Assembly: GCF_001194135.2 (NCBI RefSeq)
Contig: NC_069001.1
Coordinates: forward strand, 19,952,552 to 20,016,551
Source of the DNA: Octopus bimaculoides
Lineage: Eukaryota
Reading direction: 5' to 3'
Length of the DNA stretch: 64,000 nt
Both the position numbers and the translations under genes were made by a program. Below, in pieces: positions 25,864-37,680 of the stretch. Numbering within the stretch: the first letter of the stretch is position 1; the number at the start of each line of letters is the position of its first letter. A model generated the notes under the pieces. It made no database searches, was not told the origin of the DNA, and saw only the letters and a list, made by a program, of their open reading frames with translations.

Positions 25864-26820
25864 GTAAAATTTTTAAGTATTTCTCTACAAGTTTTCTATA
25901 GAACCTACAGCCAGCACTGAAAGTTTTGGGTTGTGTGGTAAGAAGTTTGCTTCCCAATCACATTGNNNNNNNNNNNNNNNNNNNNNNNNNNNNNNNNNNN
26001 NNNNNNNNNNNNNNNNNNNNNNNNNNNNNNNNNNNNNNNNNNNNNNNNNNNNNNNNNNNNNNNNNNNNNNNNNNNNNNNNNNNNNNNNNNNNNNNNNNNN
26101 NNNNNNNNNNNNNNNNNNNNNNNNNNNNNNNNNNNNNNNNNNNNNNNNNNNNNNNNNNNNNNNNNNNNNNNNNNNNNNNNNNNNNNNNNNNNNNNNNNNN
26201 NNNNNNNNNNNNNNNNNNNNNNNNNNNNNNNNNNNNNNNNNNNNNNNNNNNNNNNNNNNNNNNNNNNNNNNNNNNNNNNNNNNNNNNNNNNNNNNNNNNN
26301 NNNNNNNNNNNNNNNNNNNNNNNNNNNNNNNNNNNNNNNNNNNNNNNNNNNNNNNNNNNNNNNNNNNNNNNNNNNNNNNNNNNNNNNNNNNNNNNNNNNN
26401 NNNNNNNNNNNNNNNNNNNNNNNNNNNNNNNNNNNNNNNNNNNNNNNNNNNNNNNNNNNNNNNNNNNNNNNNNNNNNNNNNNNNNNNNNNNNNNNNNNNN
26501 NNNNNNNNNNNNNNNNNNNNNNNNNNNNNNNNNNNNNNNNNNNNNNNNNNNNNNNNNNNNNNNNNNNNNNNNNCACATGATTTTACATTAGAAATTTTGC
26601 AAAACAAATACATAAAAAATGCATGAGTGCGTATATATATGTATACATATATATAGCAATTAGAAAATGGAGGAGAATATGCTGTACTCAACGACTTGCA
26701 GACAGTGTATTCCGTTGAATTAATTAACTTATTTTGTAACTAAAATGACAAAAACCACAAAATACAAATGTTTATGACAAACCATGTTATATTAACAATC
26801 AAGGTTACAAATATAAAGTA

Positions 26821-26987
26821 CATTAGGAATTTGAGAATAAACATAAACTTACATCTGTTTCGGCCTAGCATTGGCATGCCCCATTCTATCCGAGTAGCTC
26901 CTGCCGGAGTAATTAGCAGATGAAATGCTGAAATGGGGGTACATGCACGATTTGCTAGGCCTCTTCAGAGATTCACAAAAATTCCAC
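26821..26987 (-). mobile_element. 167-bp hammerhead-containing unit flanked by 14-bp direct repeats (retrozyme/Penelope-like)
   Basis: acaaatataaagta at 26807-26820 and 26988-27001; the hammerhead fills most of the unit. Confidence 0.65.
26843..26976 (-). ncRNA. Type-I hammerhead ribozyme with 100-nt extended stem II
   Basis: Minus strand: gtgaatct CTGAAGA ggcctagca...tgctaggcc GAAAC agat GTA agtttat; consensus core intact, G10.1-C11.1 pair present, stem I can form. Confidence 0.75.
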
Positions 26988-27803
26988 ACAAATATAAAGT
27001 AAAAAATAAAAATGAAAATAAAATAGAAATAAAAATAAGGGTACAGTAAAAATAAAATAAATAAATGAAAAATGAAAATATAAAATATAAAAATATAAGG
27101 CACATAAAAAGCCTACAAACAGTATATAAGGTCATACAAATAGTTATAGACACTCCAATACACATGTCCGTGACTGTGTGCATAACCATACTTGGATATC
27201 AAATGATTCAAGAGCATATATATATATGTGAGTACATACGTGTGTATATATCTATCTATCCCCTCACACATACGTATACATATACAAATATGTATACACA
27301 GACATTCTCCTACGTACATGGTCCCTGGTACCAATGCTATCCGCTGAGGAAAGGGTGGCATTCATTACCAAAGACCACTATGATTTAAATCTAACATCCA
27401 AGAACAAGAATGGTCCTAGTGGGCTTTCACATACTTTTGGTCTCCCGAGGTGCCATGCAATGGAATTGAACTCCAAACTCTCGAGTTACAAAGTTAACTT
27501 CATAATTTCATTGCCATGCTTGTACCTCATACATAGGCTCAGTCATTGATTTTCAGTTAGAAATAATTTCTCTTAGTTTTTTTGTGTTTTAAATAAATTT
27601 TATAGTTTCCAAAAATCCTTTTTTCCCCCTTATTTCACTGACACATGGCTAAACTAAAGAATCTCTTAAGGATGGCTTTTGGTAGTGCTAAATATGGCAG
27701 ATGAATCCTGAGCATTGAATATAAATGCTATTTATATCTTTAAATTCTTATACACAACTGGGTGCTGCTAATGTTGCTAATGTTGAACCTTGTTTTTTTG
27801 TAG

Positions 27804-27850
27804 ATGAAGTAAAGCTTGGTGTTCACATAGTTTCTAATTCTTGCTGTCTT
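27804..27850 (+). CDS. Candidate 47-nt internal exon (DEVKLGVHIVSNSCCL, phase 1-0)
   Basis: Acceptor ccttgtttttttgtag|, donor ctt|gtaagt; in phase with 24552-24593. Confidence 0.5.
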
Positions 27851-27894
27851 GTAAGTGGATTTATTCTGTGCTAAGTCAGTTTCTTGATTGCCTT

Positions 27895-28330
27895 GTTAAG
27901 TAAACATTGATGAATATCTACATTTGGTTGCTGTATCTCTGTCTGAAATGTATAGTTTTCTAGTATTAACATCCAGTATTAGGATCTCATTTATAACTGG
28001 CGAGCTCTGTGACAAATTACTGAACACTCCATTTCTTGGAGTTTGTACCTTGCTACAAACATTGTGTTTTCTGGTAATATAAGGTTTCATACTGAGTTTT
28101 AAAAATTGTTTTCAGGATGTAATTAATTCATGATATTAAGTTACCAGTAAGTTGAATTGATTCTCAATTGGTAACAATTCCTCTTAAGTTTTCTTGTTTT
28201 TAGAAGTATTTTGAATTTTATAGTTTCTCCATTCCTGCTTTTCATTAAATTCTATGCTTTGTCGGAAGTCTCTCCTACTAGTACACTTGAGAGTCATGTT
28301 GACACTAAAACATAATATTTCTCCTCTCTT
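27895..28330 (-). mobile_element. Possible decayed Penelope-like GIY-YIG endonuclease C-terminus
   Basis: KPY...NEILILDVNTRKLYISDRDTATKCRYSSMFT* loosely resembles the recalled Penelope C-terminal pattern KPY..EKLLIL..LLNxRSExxxKCRH. Confidence 0.3.
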
Positions 28331-28990
28331 TTACTTGTTTCAGTCATTGGACTATGACCATGCTGGGGCACTGCCTTGAAGGTTTTAGTCAAAGAAATCA
28401 ACTTCAGTACTTATTTTTTTCAAGTCTGGTAGTTATTCTATTGATCTTATATACCACACCATTAAGTTACAAGGATGTAAATGAATCAACACCAGTTGTC
28501 AAGCAGTGGATCTTGCAGAGTTGAAAATTTGTGTCATGCTTTAATGCCTACTTTCCATGGTTTCTCCAGCTGGATCCTTCTCCTAATGCCAACCACTCTA
28601 CAGAATGAATTGGGTACTTTTTCTCATGTTACTAGCACTAGTGAAACTTGCCTCTTAAATGAGGAAGAATAGAAGAGAGTGTGATGATTTTAGGTGGGAG
28701 ATGAGGGGAGGTAAGCAAAATTAGAACAGGGTGGTAGTGGAGAGAATAACAGAGCAGTGGAGTACACATTAATTAGAGGTGGGGAGAGAGTATGGCAGAG
28801 AATAGGAAAAAGAATGGATTAGTGTTAGGAGTTATAAGAGAAAAGAAAGGGGGACTGAGTAGAAAAGTGATAGAATGGATTGTGTAGGAGGAGTCTAGGG
28901 CTATCGTATAAGTGTGAGGTATGGATAGAAATTACGAGGGGAAGGGGATAAGTAGGGAGCAATAGAGTAGGGTAGAGAGGATGCCTTGCA
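28330..28990 (-). mobile_element. SINE family 1 3' part (28330-28510) abutting an RTE family B 3' UTR fragment
   Basis: cttgtttcagtcatt..catgctggggcactgccttgaagg; then ctggatccttctcctaatgccaacc and a purine-rich tract. Confidence 0.65.
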
Positions 28991-29834
28991 GAGGTGGTCC
29001 ACAAATTTGTAGGTAACAGTCAAGATACTTGAATACTTTATAATCAAAATATTATTCATAAGAAAATGGGAGAGTGTTAACTTTTATGAATTACAGGTAC
29101 TACTCATTTTTGCCAGCTGAGTGAATAAGTGGAAGAAGATGAAAGTGTGTATAGTTTGAAGAATAATTTGTTCAGTTAACATGATAAAAAAAAAAAGCAA
29201 CAGCATATAACCCATACATAAATGTGATGTGCATTTTCCATTAAAGATGACCACACCTATTTAGTGACTGAGCTCAAAACATACTGAAGTTGACTTAGCT
29301 TTTTATTTTATTGACCTTGGCAGACAATAAATCATTGACGTTTATGCACACTTAAGCATCAAATCTGGCTCATCACTAACAATGCTAAATTCACTATCCT
29401 GCTAGAGATGATGTTAAACTATCCTGTATTGGTAATCTATTTAATCACTGTCATCTAATCTATCTAATCCTGTTCTATTGATTACTTTTAGCATAATTTT
29501 TCTGTTCAAATGTTATGTACTAGGTTGATGATATGAGAGTGCAGATATTGTGCTCAACAAGCCACCAAAAGGTCATGAGTTCCATCCATTGTGCTTATAG
29601 GAAAGACATCAAGTCCACGTCACTATAAGTCAATTAACTTGAGAGTTTTGTTAGCCTGTCTTTTTCCTTGAGAAACTGCCTTTCTTCAGGAAACTCATGT
29701 GTTGTCTCAGTAACTTACTGTATAAAATGGTACCGCAAAAACCCCTATCACAAGAATATAATGATACTGTTTATTGGAAGTGGCTATTTTGTGCTTCCTT
29801 TTTTATCTTTGTTAAAATTTGTCCAAGTTTCAAC

Positions 29835-30061
29835 TTAACTCTTTAGCATTCACATTACTCTGTCTGATGTGATTCTTATGTATTCACATTGTTTTGAATT
29901 AATCATGCATTATCTTATAGCTAAGAATTGTCATGTTATGGTTACTTAGTTTTAGAAAGACATTGTAGGATAGGTGTGAGAAGCAAAATCTGGCCAGTTT
30001 TAACATAAAACTGGTTGAATATTTAGGCTGGATATGGTCAGTTTGAATATTAAGGGGTTAA
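29835..30061 (+). mobile_element. piggyBac-type MITE copy
   Basis: ttaactctttagcattc ... aatattaaggggttaa. Confidence 0.8.
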
Positions 30062-30539
30062 AGCCAACCTACAAATTTTCTTTTTCCTATGTATATGTCT
30101 CATTTTTCTAAGTTAGAAAAATAAATAACAGAAAATTTCTTATTGAACCAAGTTCTAACCTTGACATTAATTCTTGCTTATAGCTTCTACATGTTTCTTG
30201 TTATATGTAGTTATAAGGAAGAAAATAGTAATAATTATTATTGAAAGCTGATAAGTTTGGCAGAAATAGCTGGACACTAGGCTAAGTAATGACTTTAAGG
30301 TATTTAATTTTGTACTACTATATGCTGATATCAAGTACATGCATTATTTGATTGTGGGTCATCATATATCTGGTACTGCGTTTCATGTATACAGTGAAGA
30401 GAATAGTTTTATACCAGTCCTTGCCTGTGGGTACTTTCTGTTGCATGCATTCAGGCTGGAATTCCAGTTGGGGATTATCATGATCTCATAGTGCCCTGAC
30501 ATCCTTTGCACTTAATGTCAGAAAACATTGTTCTAAACT

Positions 30540-32190
30540 CATTGGCCAATTCTCTCTTCTCTTCTCCAATATCTGTGGACTTCAGTCCAGCCTAGGCTGC
30601 ATATGTCAGTAATATTCAAACCATGCCTCTTACTCCTTTCTGAGACAGATTTCTCACCTTTTATTCATATTACATCACTACTGTTCAAGTTATACTCTAC
30701 ATTCAAAATTGAACTCTGAAAAAGAGAGAGTGTGTGTGTGTGTGCATACCTGTGTAGGTTCCATTCTCCTTTCCACTCACCTTTTTCACCAGCAACAAAT
30801 ACATCCAGTTACGCATCCTTCCTTTACTGCTCTCTGGAATCCTCCAACCACATCACTTCTTGTATGAAAGACTTCTCTGAAGTCATTGTTTTCTGTTATT
30901 TCAGTGCGCAGAACTTTTGTTTCTCACATTCATCCCATATTGATTTTACTATTTCAGTAACTCCAAACATCCTTGATCTCTTTCTCACCCCTAAACCTAA
31001 CCTCTACCAAACCATCACTGTTTGGTGATGGTTTGGTAGAGGTGCAAGCATGGCAATGAAATTATGAAGTTAACTGTACCTGTCAGGTTATTTAGCTGCT
31101 ACTTTATTGTGACTACCTACCACATATCTATACACTATGCATCATTCCTCACTTTTGGACCCAGTGGCACATCATGTCAGCTGACTGGCAGAACTCTGTC
31201 AGTTCTATTTCTATGCTAATAATCCCTGGATATGACTTAAAACTGCATCTAATAGTGGGGCCCTGATTCACAAGTTCCAGTGTTTTGAGGAGTGTAGAGC
31301 ACCTCTTAGCCACTATTGTTTCCAGGTCTACTCTGACCCTGTATGGTAGCACCTACTAGGGTCCCAGCAATGAGTTAATTGACATGTCATAGAATTGCCT
31401 CTGGAAGAAGGTCATTCACTAACATTCCAATGGATGGCAGACGAGGTCTTTCAACTCTTTAGTACTTGTTGCATCAGACCAATATGATTTTGAAGGACAA
31501 GAGAATGGGACTGGGTTTGCACAAATTGTGCCCTCCATACTAATGAATCCCTGCTGCCTTGTAGGGTAATTTATTGAGTATTTAAAAAAGACTAAGGGAG
31601 TAATAAACCCCTACAGAAAATCTGGTGGGAGGGACCCTAAGGCAGATGTGTATGGTTATTACTTAGCCATTATCTGGCATCCCTTGAGACTCCCTGGATA
31701 CTGTGAGCATATTGACTTGTCTTTCCTTTTTGATGCATCCATGTGTGGAGAAGTGATAGGTGTATTTGGGTAGGTATTTCCTTCTGGAAATGGTCAAGAC
31801 ACAGCAGAGGTAGCTAAGTTACTGTTTCTGCAATACTGTTGCCCATGACAAAAAAGCCAACCATCCCTGGCAGCCTCACAACCCCATGTTCTCCAAGTGG
31901 TTCATTCATAGCTGCACTGCAGTGTGTCAGGCAAAGAATACAGCCGACAAACTGGACAGATTTTACTCAGCATCATGACTCACAATTGCATTGCCCACAA
32001 GCTCTTCCATCTCACAAACTGTAACCAGTCTTTTTGATCTTTTGCCAGAAGGATCTCGACCAGGTTTGTGGTCTTCTTCATCCTGCCACTTTTCGAACAT
32101 GATGTTTCTTTAAGTAGTAGTACTCTCTTGGAGAAGGCCTCCACATTCGCTACCTCTTTTGCATCCAAATCTATATTGCTCACATTAGCT
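30540..32190 (+). mobile_element. Decayed APE LINE (endonuclease and linker) interrupted at ~31025-31750
   Basis: FSNICGLQSSL (NIRGL-like), PNILDLFLTPKP, KWFIHSC, STLLEKASTFATSFASKSIL. Confidence 0.65.
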
Positions 32191-32352
32191 TTCTTCTCAT
32201 ACATAATCTGTATCTGTATTATGTGGATACTGTAGCCAACGAACCTGTGTTTATGAAATTGTGTACATATTACAAACTATAGAGGTGCACCTTTTTGGAA
32301 TGTAAAAAATCACATGAAGTTCTAATTAAATTGTTACAAGTCATGTTTTTAG

Positions 32353-32432
32353 ATATTCTATACCAAGCAATGTTTGTCCCTCAATGCTGGGTTGAATTCT
32401 AATGACATTGTATCATTAGGTAGTGAGAAACA
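32353..32432 (+). CDS. Weak candidate exon (IFYTKQCLSLNAGLNSNDIVSLGSEK, phase 0-2)
   Basis: gtttttag| and aaca|gtatgt; open frame compatible with the 27850 donor. Confidence 0.2.
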
Positions 32433-32805
32433 GTATGTTACAATGTCATCGAAGAATATACCATTCATTGGAAAAAGGAACATGTAGTTATTTCTTAAAA
32501 TCAAATCAAAAAATTAAAAATATTTTTTCTCTTCTTACACAATCTTTGTATGTATGAAAATATGTATGTGCATGTGTCTATATGTAGGTATATACTTACA
32601 CACGCACACATTCTTATGTTGGATTTTGTATGATATTTAGAAAATTTTTCTAAATATACTCCAGCTCAAGTTTGACTTTTCTGTCAAAATTAAACTTATA
32701 CATCATACAAACTTTTATGGCTAATGTTAGTTAATCTTGATAACTTTTTTTTTCATATTTTTGATGGAAAATCTGATTAGCTTAACTAATTTTTATTTGC
32801 TTCAG

Positions 32806-32879
32806 GCTTATGTTGTTACATCTCATGTCAATGCCAATACAGATTTGTAGCTTTTCATACAGAAGTACAGTAGTTGATG
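32806..32879 (+). CDS. Weak candidate exon (LMLLHLMSMPIQICSFSYRSTVVD, phase 2-1)
   Basis: Good branch point and acceptor ctaatttttatttgcttcag|; donor atg|gtaata; frame ambiguous. Confidence 0.2.
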
Positions 32880-33519
32880 GTAATATATACTTTTGACAAA
32901 ACACACTTCCAGTTTTCACTGGTGATGGGACAATTGACTGAGTTTGTTTTATTGATTTCAGATCTTAAATATCATAGTACCAAAGCTAAACATTAAATCT
33001 CTTACATCTGCACAAGGACGTACATATATACGGCAGATTTAATGCTGAGCACATTGAGCCCAGAGTATTACTTGTATATATTTTATTGACCCAGAGAAAT
33101 TAGAGACAAGCAAAAACTCAATGTGTCATTTTGAATTTTGTAACACATTTTCTTAAAAGTAATGTTATTGATTATAAGATGTCCTGTGGGCTAATGGCTT
33201 GTTCACTGCATTTATGACAGGGAGAACAACTAGGGAGTTTTCTGTGCTAGTCATGCAGAGCAAATGCTATATATTTGAAGTGTGTTCTTGCCATTGGTGA
33301 AAGATACACAGTAATTTAGTCAAGCAAACATTAATTATTACTCAGACTTTGAATTTGAATTATTACATAATTTTAAAAATATTTTCTCTTCATTAGTTGT
33401 TGTTGTTGTTTACAAAAAGAGAGAGATGGATGTTCGGAGATTGTGAGTATGAAACTCACTTCAGTTGGGATGCTTTCTCATTTTTTTTTCTTAAAAATCA
33501 TTTACCCACAACAGTTGTC

Positions 33520-34190
33520 ATCATCATCATCGTTTAACATCCATCTTCCATGCATGCATGGGTAGGATGGTTGACAGGAACCAGCCAAGTACAAAAACTA
33601 CCCTAGGCTACTGTATCTGTTTTGGCAGGGATTTTATGGTTAGATGCCCTTCCTAACATCAACCACTCCACAGAGTTGACTCAGTGCTTTTAATGTGGCA
33701 CTAGCACAGGTGAGGTTAGTTTTGGCATGATTTTTACAGCTGGATGCCCTTCCAAATGCCAACCACATTACAGTGTGGACTGGATGGTTTTAACGTGGCA
33801 CCAGCACTAGCAGGGTAACCAAGTAACTCACAAGACAAGTAATTATGAGAGGAGCAGGGCATTTGAGGAGGGGAATTTGTGTCAGAAGATGAAAGGTTAG
33901 ATGAAAGAGACAGAAGCAGGTGTCTTGCCACAACAGAGGGAGCATTAGAGGAGGTGATCCAGTATCAGATGATGAAAGGTTGGAATGTAACAGAGGAATA
34001 GCGAGGCAAAAATGGGTGTCTTGCTATAGAGGAGGTAGATGGTTACCCAGTGAGAAAGAAAGAGAGAGAGAGACACACATACACACAGACAGACAGACAG
34101 AGATAGAGAGTGAGAGTGAGATACAAGAAAGAGGCTAGAAACAAATGTGATGATGTAAAGGAGATACTTAGTTACCTAGTCAGGAAAAAC

Positions 34191-34234
<44 letters not shown>

Positions 34235-34960
34235 CCTACTCTCTCTCTCTCTCTCTCTCCTTCANNNNNNNNNNAGAGAGAGAGAGAGAGAGAGAGAGAG
34301 TCCCTACTCTCTCTCTCTCTCTCTCTCCTTCAGCAAAAGTGGAAGAGAGAGCACAAGAGAGACGGTGTAGTGCTAGGGTATACTCACAAGTAACAAGAAT
34401 ATGAGCATAGAACCTGGGTAGAAAAATAGGGTGCAAGTGTTGAGGTATGGGGAGCAATGATACAGTGTGCAGGGCAGTGAGGTTAAGAAAGGGGATTGGA
34501 AAATAATCATAATTTATGAAGAGGAAATGTGTGGAAGAGAAAGATGCAGTTAGAGGAGGAGTTGTAGTTTGGGTTCTTAGGGTAACGTGGGTGAAAAGTG
34601 TGTTGTTACATGTGGGTGGAACACAACTCTTCTTTTATGGACGGGTTTTCTCTAGAACCACATATTGCCAAACATCTCAGTCCACTGCAATTTCCTCTGT
34701 GTGCCCCAACATCCTAAGATCATTCCTCACCCCTTCATCCCATGTCTTCCTGAGTCTCCTTCTTCCACAAGTACCTGTTATGGCCTGGAGAACTATGATG
34801 AATAAGAGTGGACTAAGATCCCTGGTGTACACCAACTTGTATGTTAAATTCATCACTGTATTCAAGGCCAGTTCTCACCTTACTGACAGCATTGCTTGAA
34901 CTGCTCTAACAAGCCACTCCTCTACTCCTAGTTTCCTTAGAGACCACCAAATAAGAGAGT
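33520..34960 (-). mobile_element. RTE family B 3' portion with internal microsatellites
   Basis: LSPLLFIIVLQAITG joined to RRRLRKTWDEGVRNDLRMLG (internal deletion); purine-rich UTR on +; (CAT)n tail at ~33520. Confidence 0.8.
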
Positions 34961-36474
34961 GGGGACCCTGTCTAAAGCTTTCTCCAGGTCAACAAAGGTT
35001 AAGTACAATGGCTTACTTTTACAGTGGATGAATAATATTCTTAAGCTCAATGTTTACATTTTTATGACCTTTTCTGTTCTCTCTGACAAATATATATTAT
35101 TTGCCTATGGCAGTGAATGGATAATATTTTTAAGTGCAATGTTTACTTTCTCACCAATCCAACTATAAAATGAAGTTAAGCTAAAAATGTCTTAAAAAAT
35201 GAGAATTATACTTAAATGCAACTTCTAGGCAGTATAGTTTACTCATTTCTTTGTCGTTTTTGTTTTAATTGTGCTTAAACAAGAGAACTCAATGAAAGGA
35301 ATATAATGCTGTTCACCATATCAAAACTGGTGCAGTAGGGAAGAATGACGAGGGATAAGTTGGCCAAATTTGAATGAAAGTAAGGCATAAATTTCCCTTT
35401 AAGCCGTTTTATCTGTATCATTTTACTCTTTTACTGGTTTCAGTCATCTGACTGCGGCCATGCTGGGGCACCGCCTTTTAGATAATAAAAAAATATGTTG
35501 TACTGAGGAACCTATCAGAAGGTTGAAATAGCATTGTCTACAACTACTAGGACTCTTAAAAAGAAAAAAGAAAATGGATTATATGGAAATATTATTTCAT
35601 ATGTTCTCTCACTCAAGAAAATGACCTTTCATAATAAAAAAAAAAAAAAAACCCTGAAGCAGTTCTCATTTCTTAAAGGGTATCTTCACCCTCTCTTATA
35701 TTTCTGAGTAAACTCTCTCTCTCACTCTAAAAGCAACTATAGGTGGCACCACCAACGGTCCCCAGTCAAAAAAAAATTAATAAACGCAAAAGAAAGTTCC
35801 CACTTGAAAATTAGTTATGCTTTCTTTAAAGATCTAACGAAGAGGAGGCTAATGATTGAAAATTACATCAGCATTGGTGCTGATGAAAGACTTCTTTAGC
35901 AAAAAGTGCTCACATTTGTGAGGGTTACTAATAAATTTTGGGACATTGAAAGCTTTGTAAATAATTAAATGTGCAAAGAAAATGGATAGAATTGTATTGG
36001 TTCAAAATTTTGACCCAGTTTCAGTGTGGTCCCACCTGGATGTGTGTATAATGTGAGTGTTTTTTTTTAGGGTAGCATTGTATAAGCTAAAAATTTTCCA
36101 ATTTTCTAATATTTTGAAAGTATGTATTTTCAATAAATATGTAGAGAGCAGTCTTTTGGTGCAAAAGTATCAGCTTTTGAGATGCAAAAAATATCGTTTT
36201 TCATTCAAATTCAGAAAAAAATACTGAGTTTCATTGAGAATAAGATTATTTTTAGATTTAAAGCAGAAATATCTCAACTTAAGCTCATTAAATTGTGCAC
36301 TTGTTTTCAAAGTAGGAGTTATATCTTTTTTTAATTGATAGACCAATAATTGTTTTCTTTTATTTTTCATACCAACTGGTAAAAATTAATGCAAATATTA
36401 ATTAAAACAATAAATATAACTGTATAACCCAAATTTAGGCCTGTAAGTTATGTTGGGGAAAAATTAATGAAATA

Positions 36475-36680
36475 CATTTAAACCAGCCATATCTGGCTCA
36501 AATATTCTACCTGGTCTAGGTTCAGACTGGCCAAATCCAGCCTCTCACACCTACCCTACAATGTCATTCTAGAAATATGCAATCACATCATCAAAATCTC
36601 AAAGCTGCAGCATTAATCCAAAGCAATATGAATAAATAAGCCTGACATTTGACAGAGTAATCTGAATGCTGAAGGGTTAA
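36475..36680 (-). mobile_element. piggyBac-type MITE copy
   Basis: catttaaaccagccatatctggc ... tctgaatgctgaagggttaa. Confidence 0.75.
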
Positions 36681-36737
36681 GATTTGAGAAATTAATGGAA
36701 TTAAGCATTAAATATTTATCATTGTTAAATATAGGCA

Positions 36738-37115
36738 CAGGCATGGCTGTGTAGTAAGAAGCTTGCTTCCAAGCCACATGGTCCCAGATTCAGTCCTGCT
36801 GTGTGGCACCTTAAGCAAGTTTCTTCTACTATAGTCTCAGGCTGACCAAAACCTTGTGAGTGGATTTGGTAGACAGAAACTGAAAGACGCCTCTCATATA
36901 TGTGTGTGAGTGTCTTTGTGTCTGTGCTTGTCCCCCCACTGCTTGACAACCAGTGTGTTTGCGTCCCCGTAACTTAGCAGTTTGGCAAAAGAGACCAATA
37001 GAATAAGTACCAGGCTTATATAAAAAATCAAGTGCTGGAGGTTTATACATTCGACTAAAAATTCTTCAAGGCAGTGCTCCAACATGGCCACAGTCTCATG
37101 ACTGAAACAAGTAAA
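36738..37115 (+). mobile_element. SINE family 1, full length
   Basis: ggcacaggcatggctgtgtagtaagaagcttgcttcc ... atgactgaaacaagtaaaaga. Confidence 0.85.
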
Positions 37116-37329
37116 AGATAAAATATATTATGAAAAATATTTTGTATTGAAATAGTCACAGGGTTAGCTCTGTGCTTATGATGTTCACTTCTGAACCACA
37201 TCGCTGTGTGTTCAGTACACTGCATGCCTATTATCAGCAGGATGCTCTTCCTTGTGCCAACTACTCTGTTGAGTATAGTGAGTGCTATGTTTGTGGCACT
37301 ATCACTAGTGAGGTTTCTAAGTAACACAG

Positions 37330-37680
37330 ATATAGAAAAAAAATCCGTCTTGACTGAGTGGGGATGTAGTAAGATGTTCTTATGCTAGGTATTAAGTAGC
37401 TATTGTATGACTGGGACATGAATAGGTTTCTTGCTGTAGAGGAGATACCTAACCATCTTACATTATATAAAGGTGGGTGGGAGTAGCTGGAAATAAAGTT
37501 AAAAATGTTGGGGATGAGTTGTCAGAACACACCTTGAGGGTGCAAGAAGGTTAGTGGAAGAGAGAATAGGGACAGATCAAGAAAGGTGGCTGGGTAAGCT
37601 TGCCGGAGCATAAGAGATAAATGGTGAGAGATGATGGGATAGAGGTGAATAGTGAACAAGGCTGGAGGCATGATCAATAT
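37330..37680 (-). mobile_element. RTE family B 3' UTR fragment
   Basis: Reverse-complement homologous to 13040-13200. Confidence 0.6.

Noticed and set aside
25885-26691. Long ORFs spanning N runs (also at 2404-2806, 42483-43103 and 54108-54544)
   Set aside because: They are open only because N codons have no stops.
29709-29756. Possible 48-nt minus-strand exon (YHYILVIGVFAVPFYT)
   Set aside because: Weak acceptor, isolated, and opposite to the better-supported + strand exons.
31980-32204. Protein-like minus-strand ORF (MYEKKANVSNIDLDAKE...)
   Set aside because: Antisense shadow of a + strand LINE remnant (LEKASTFATSFAS).
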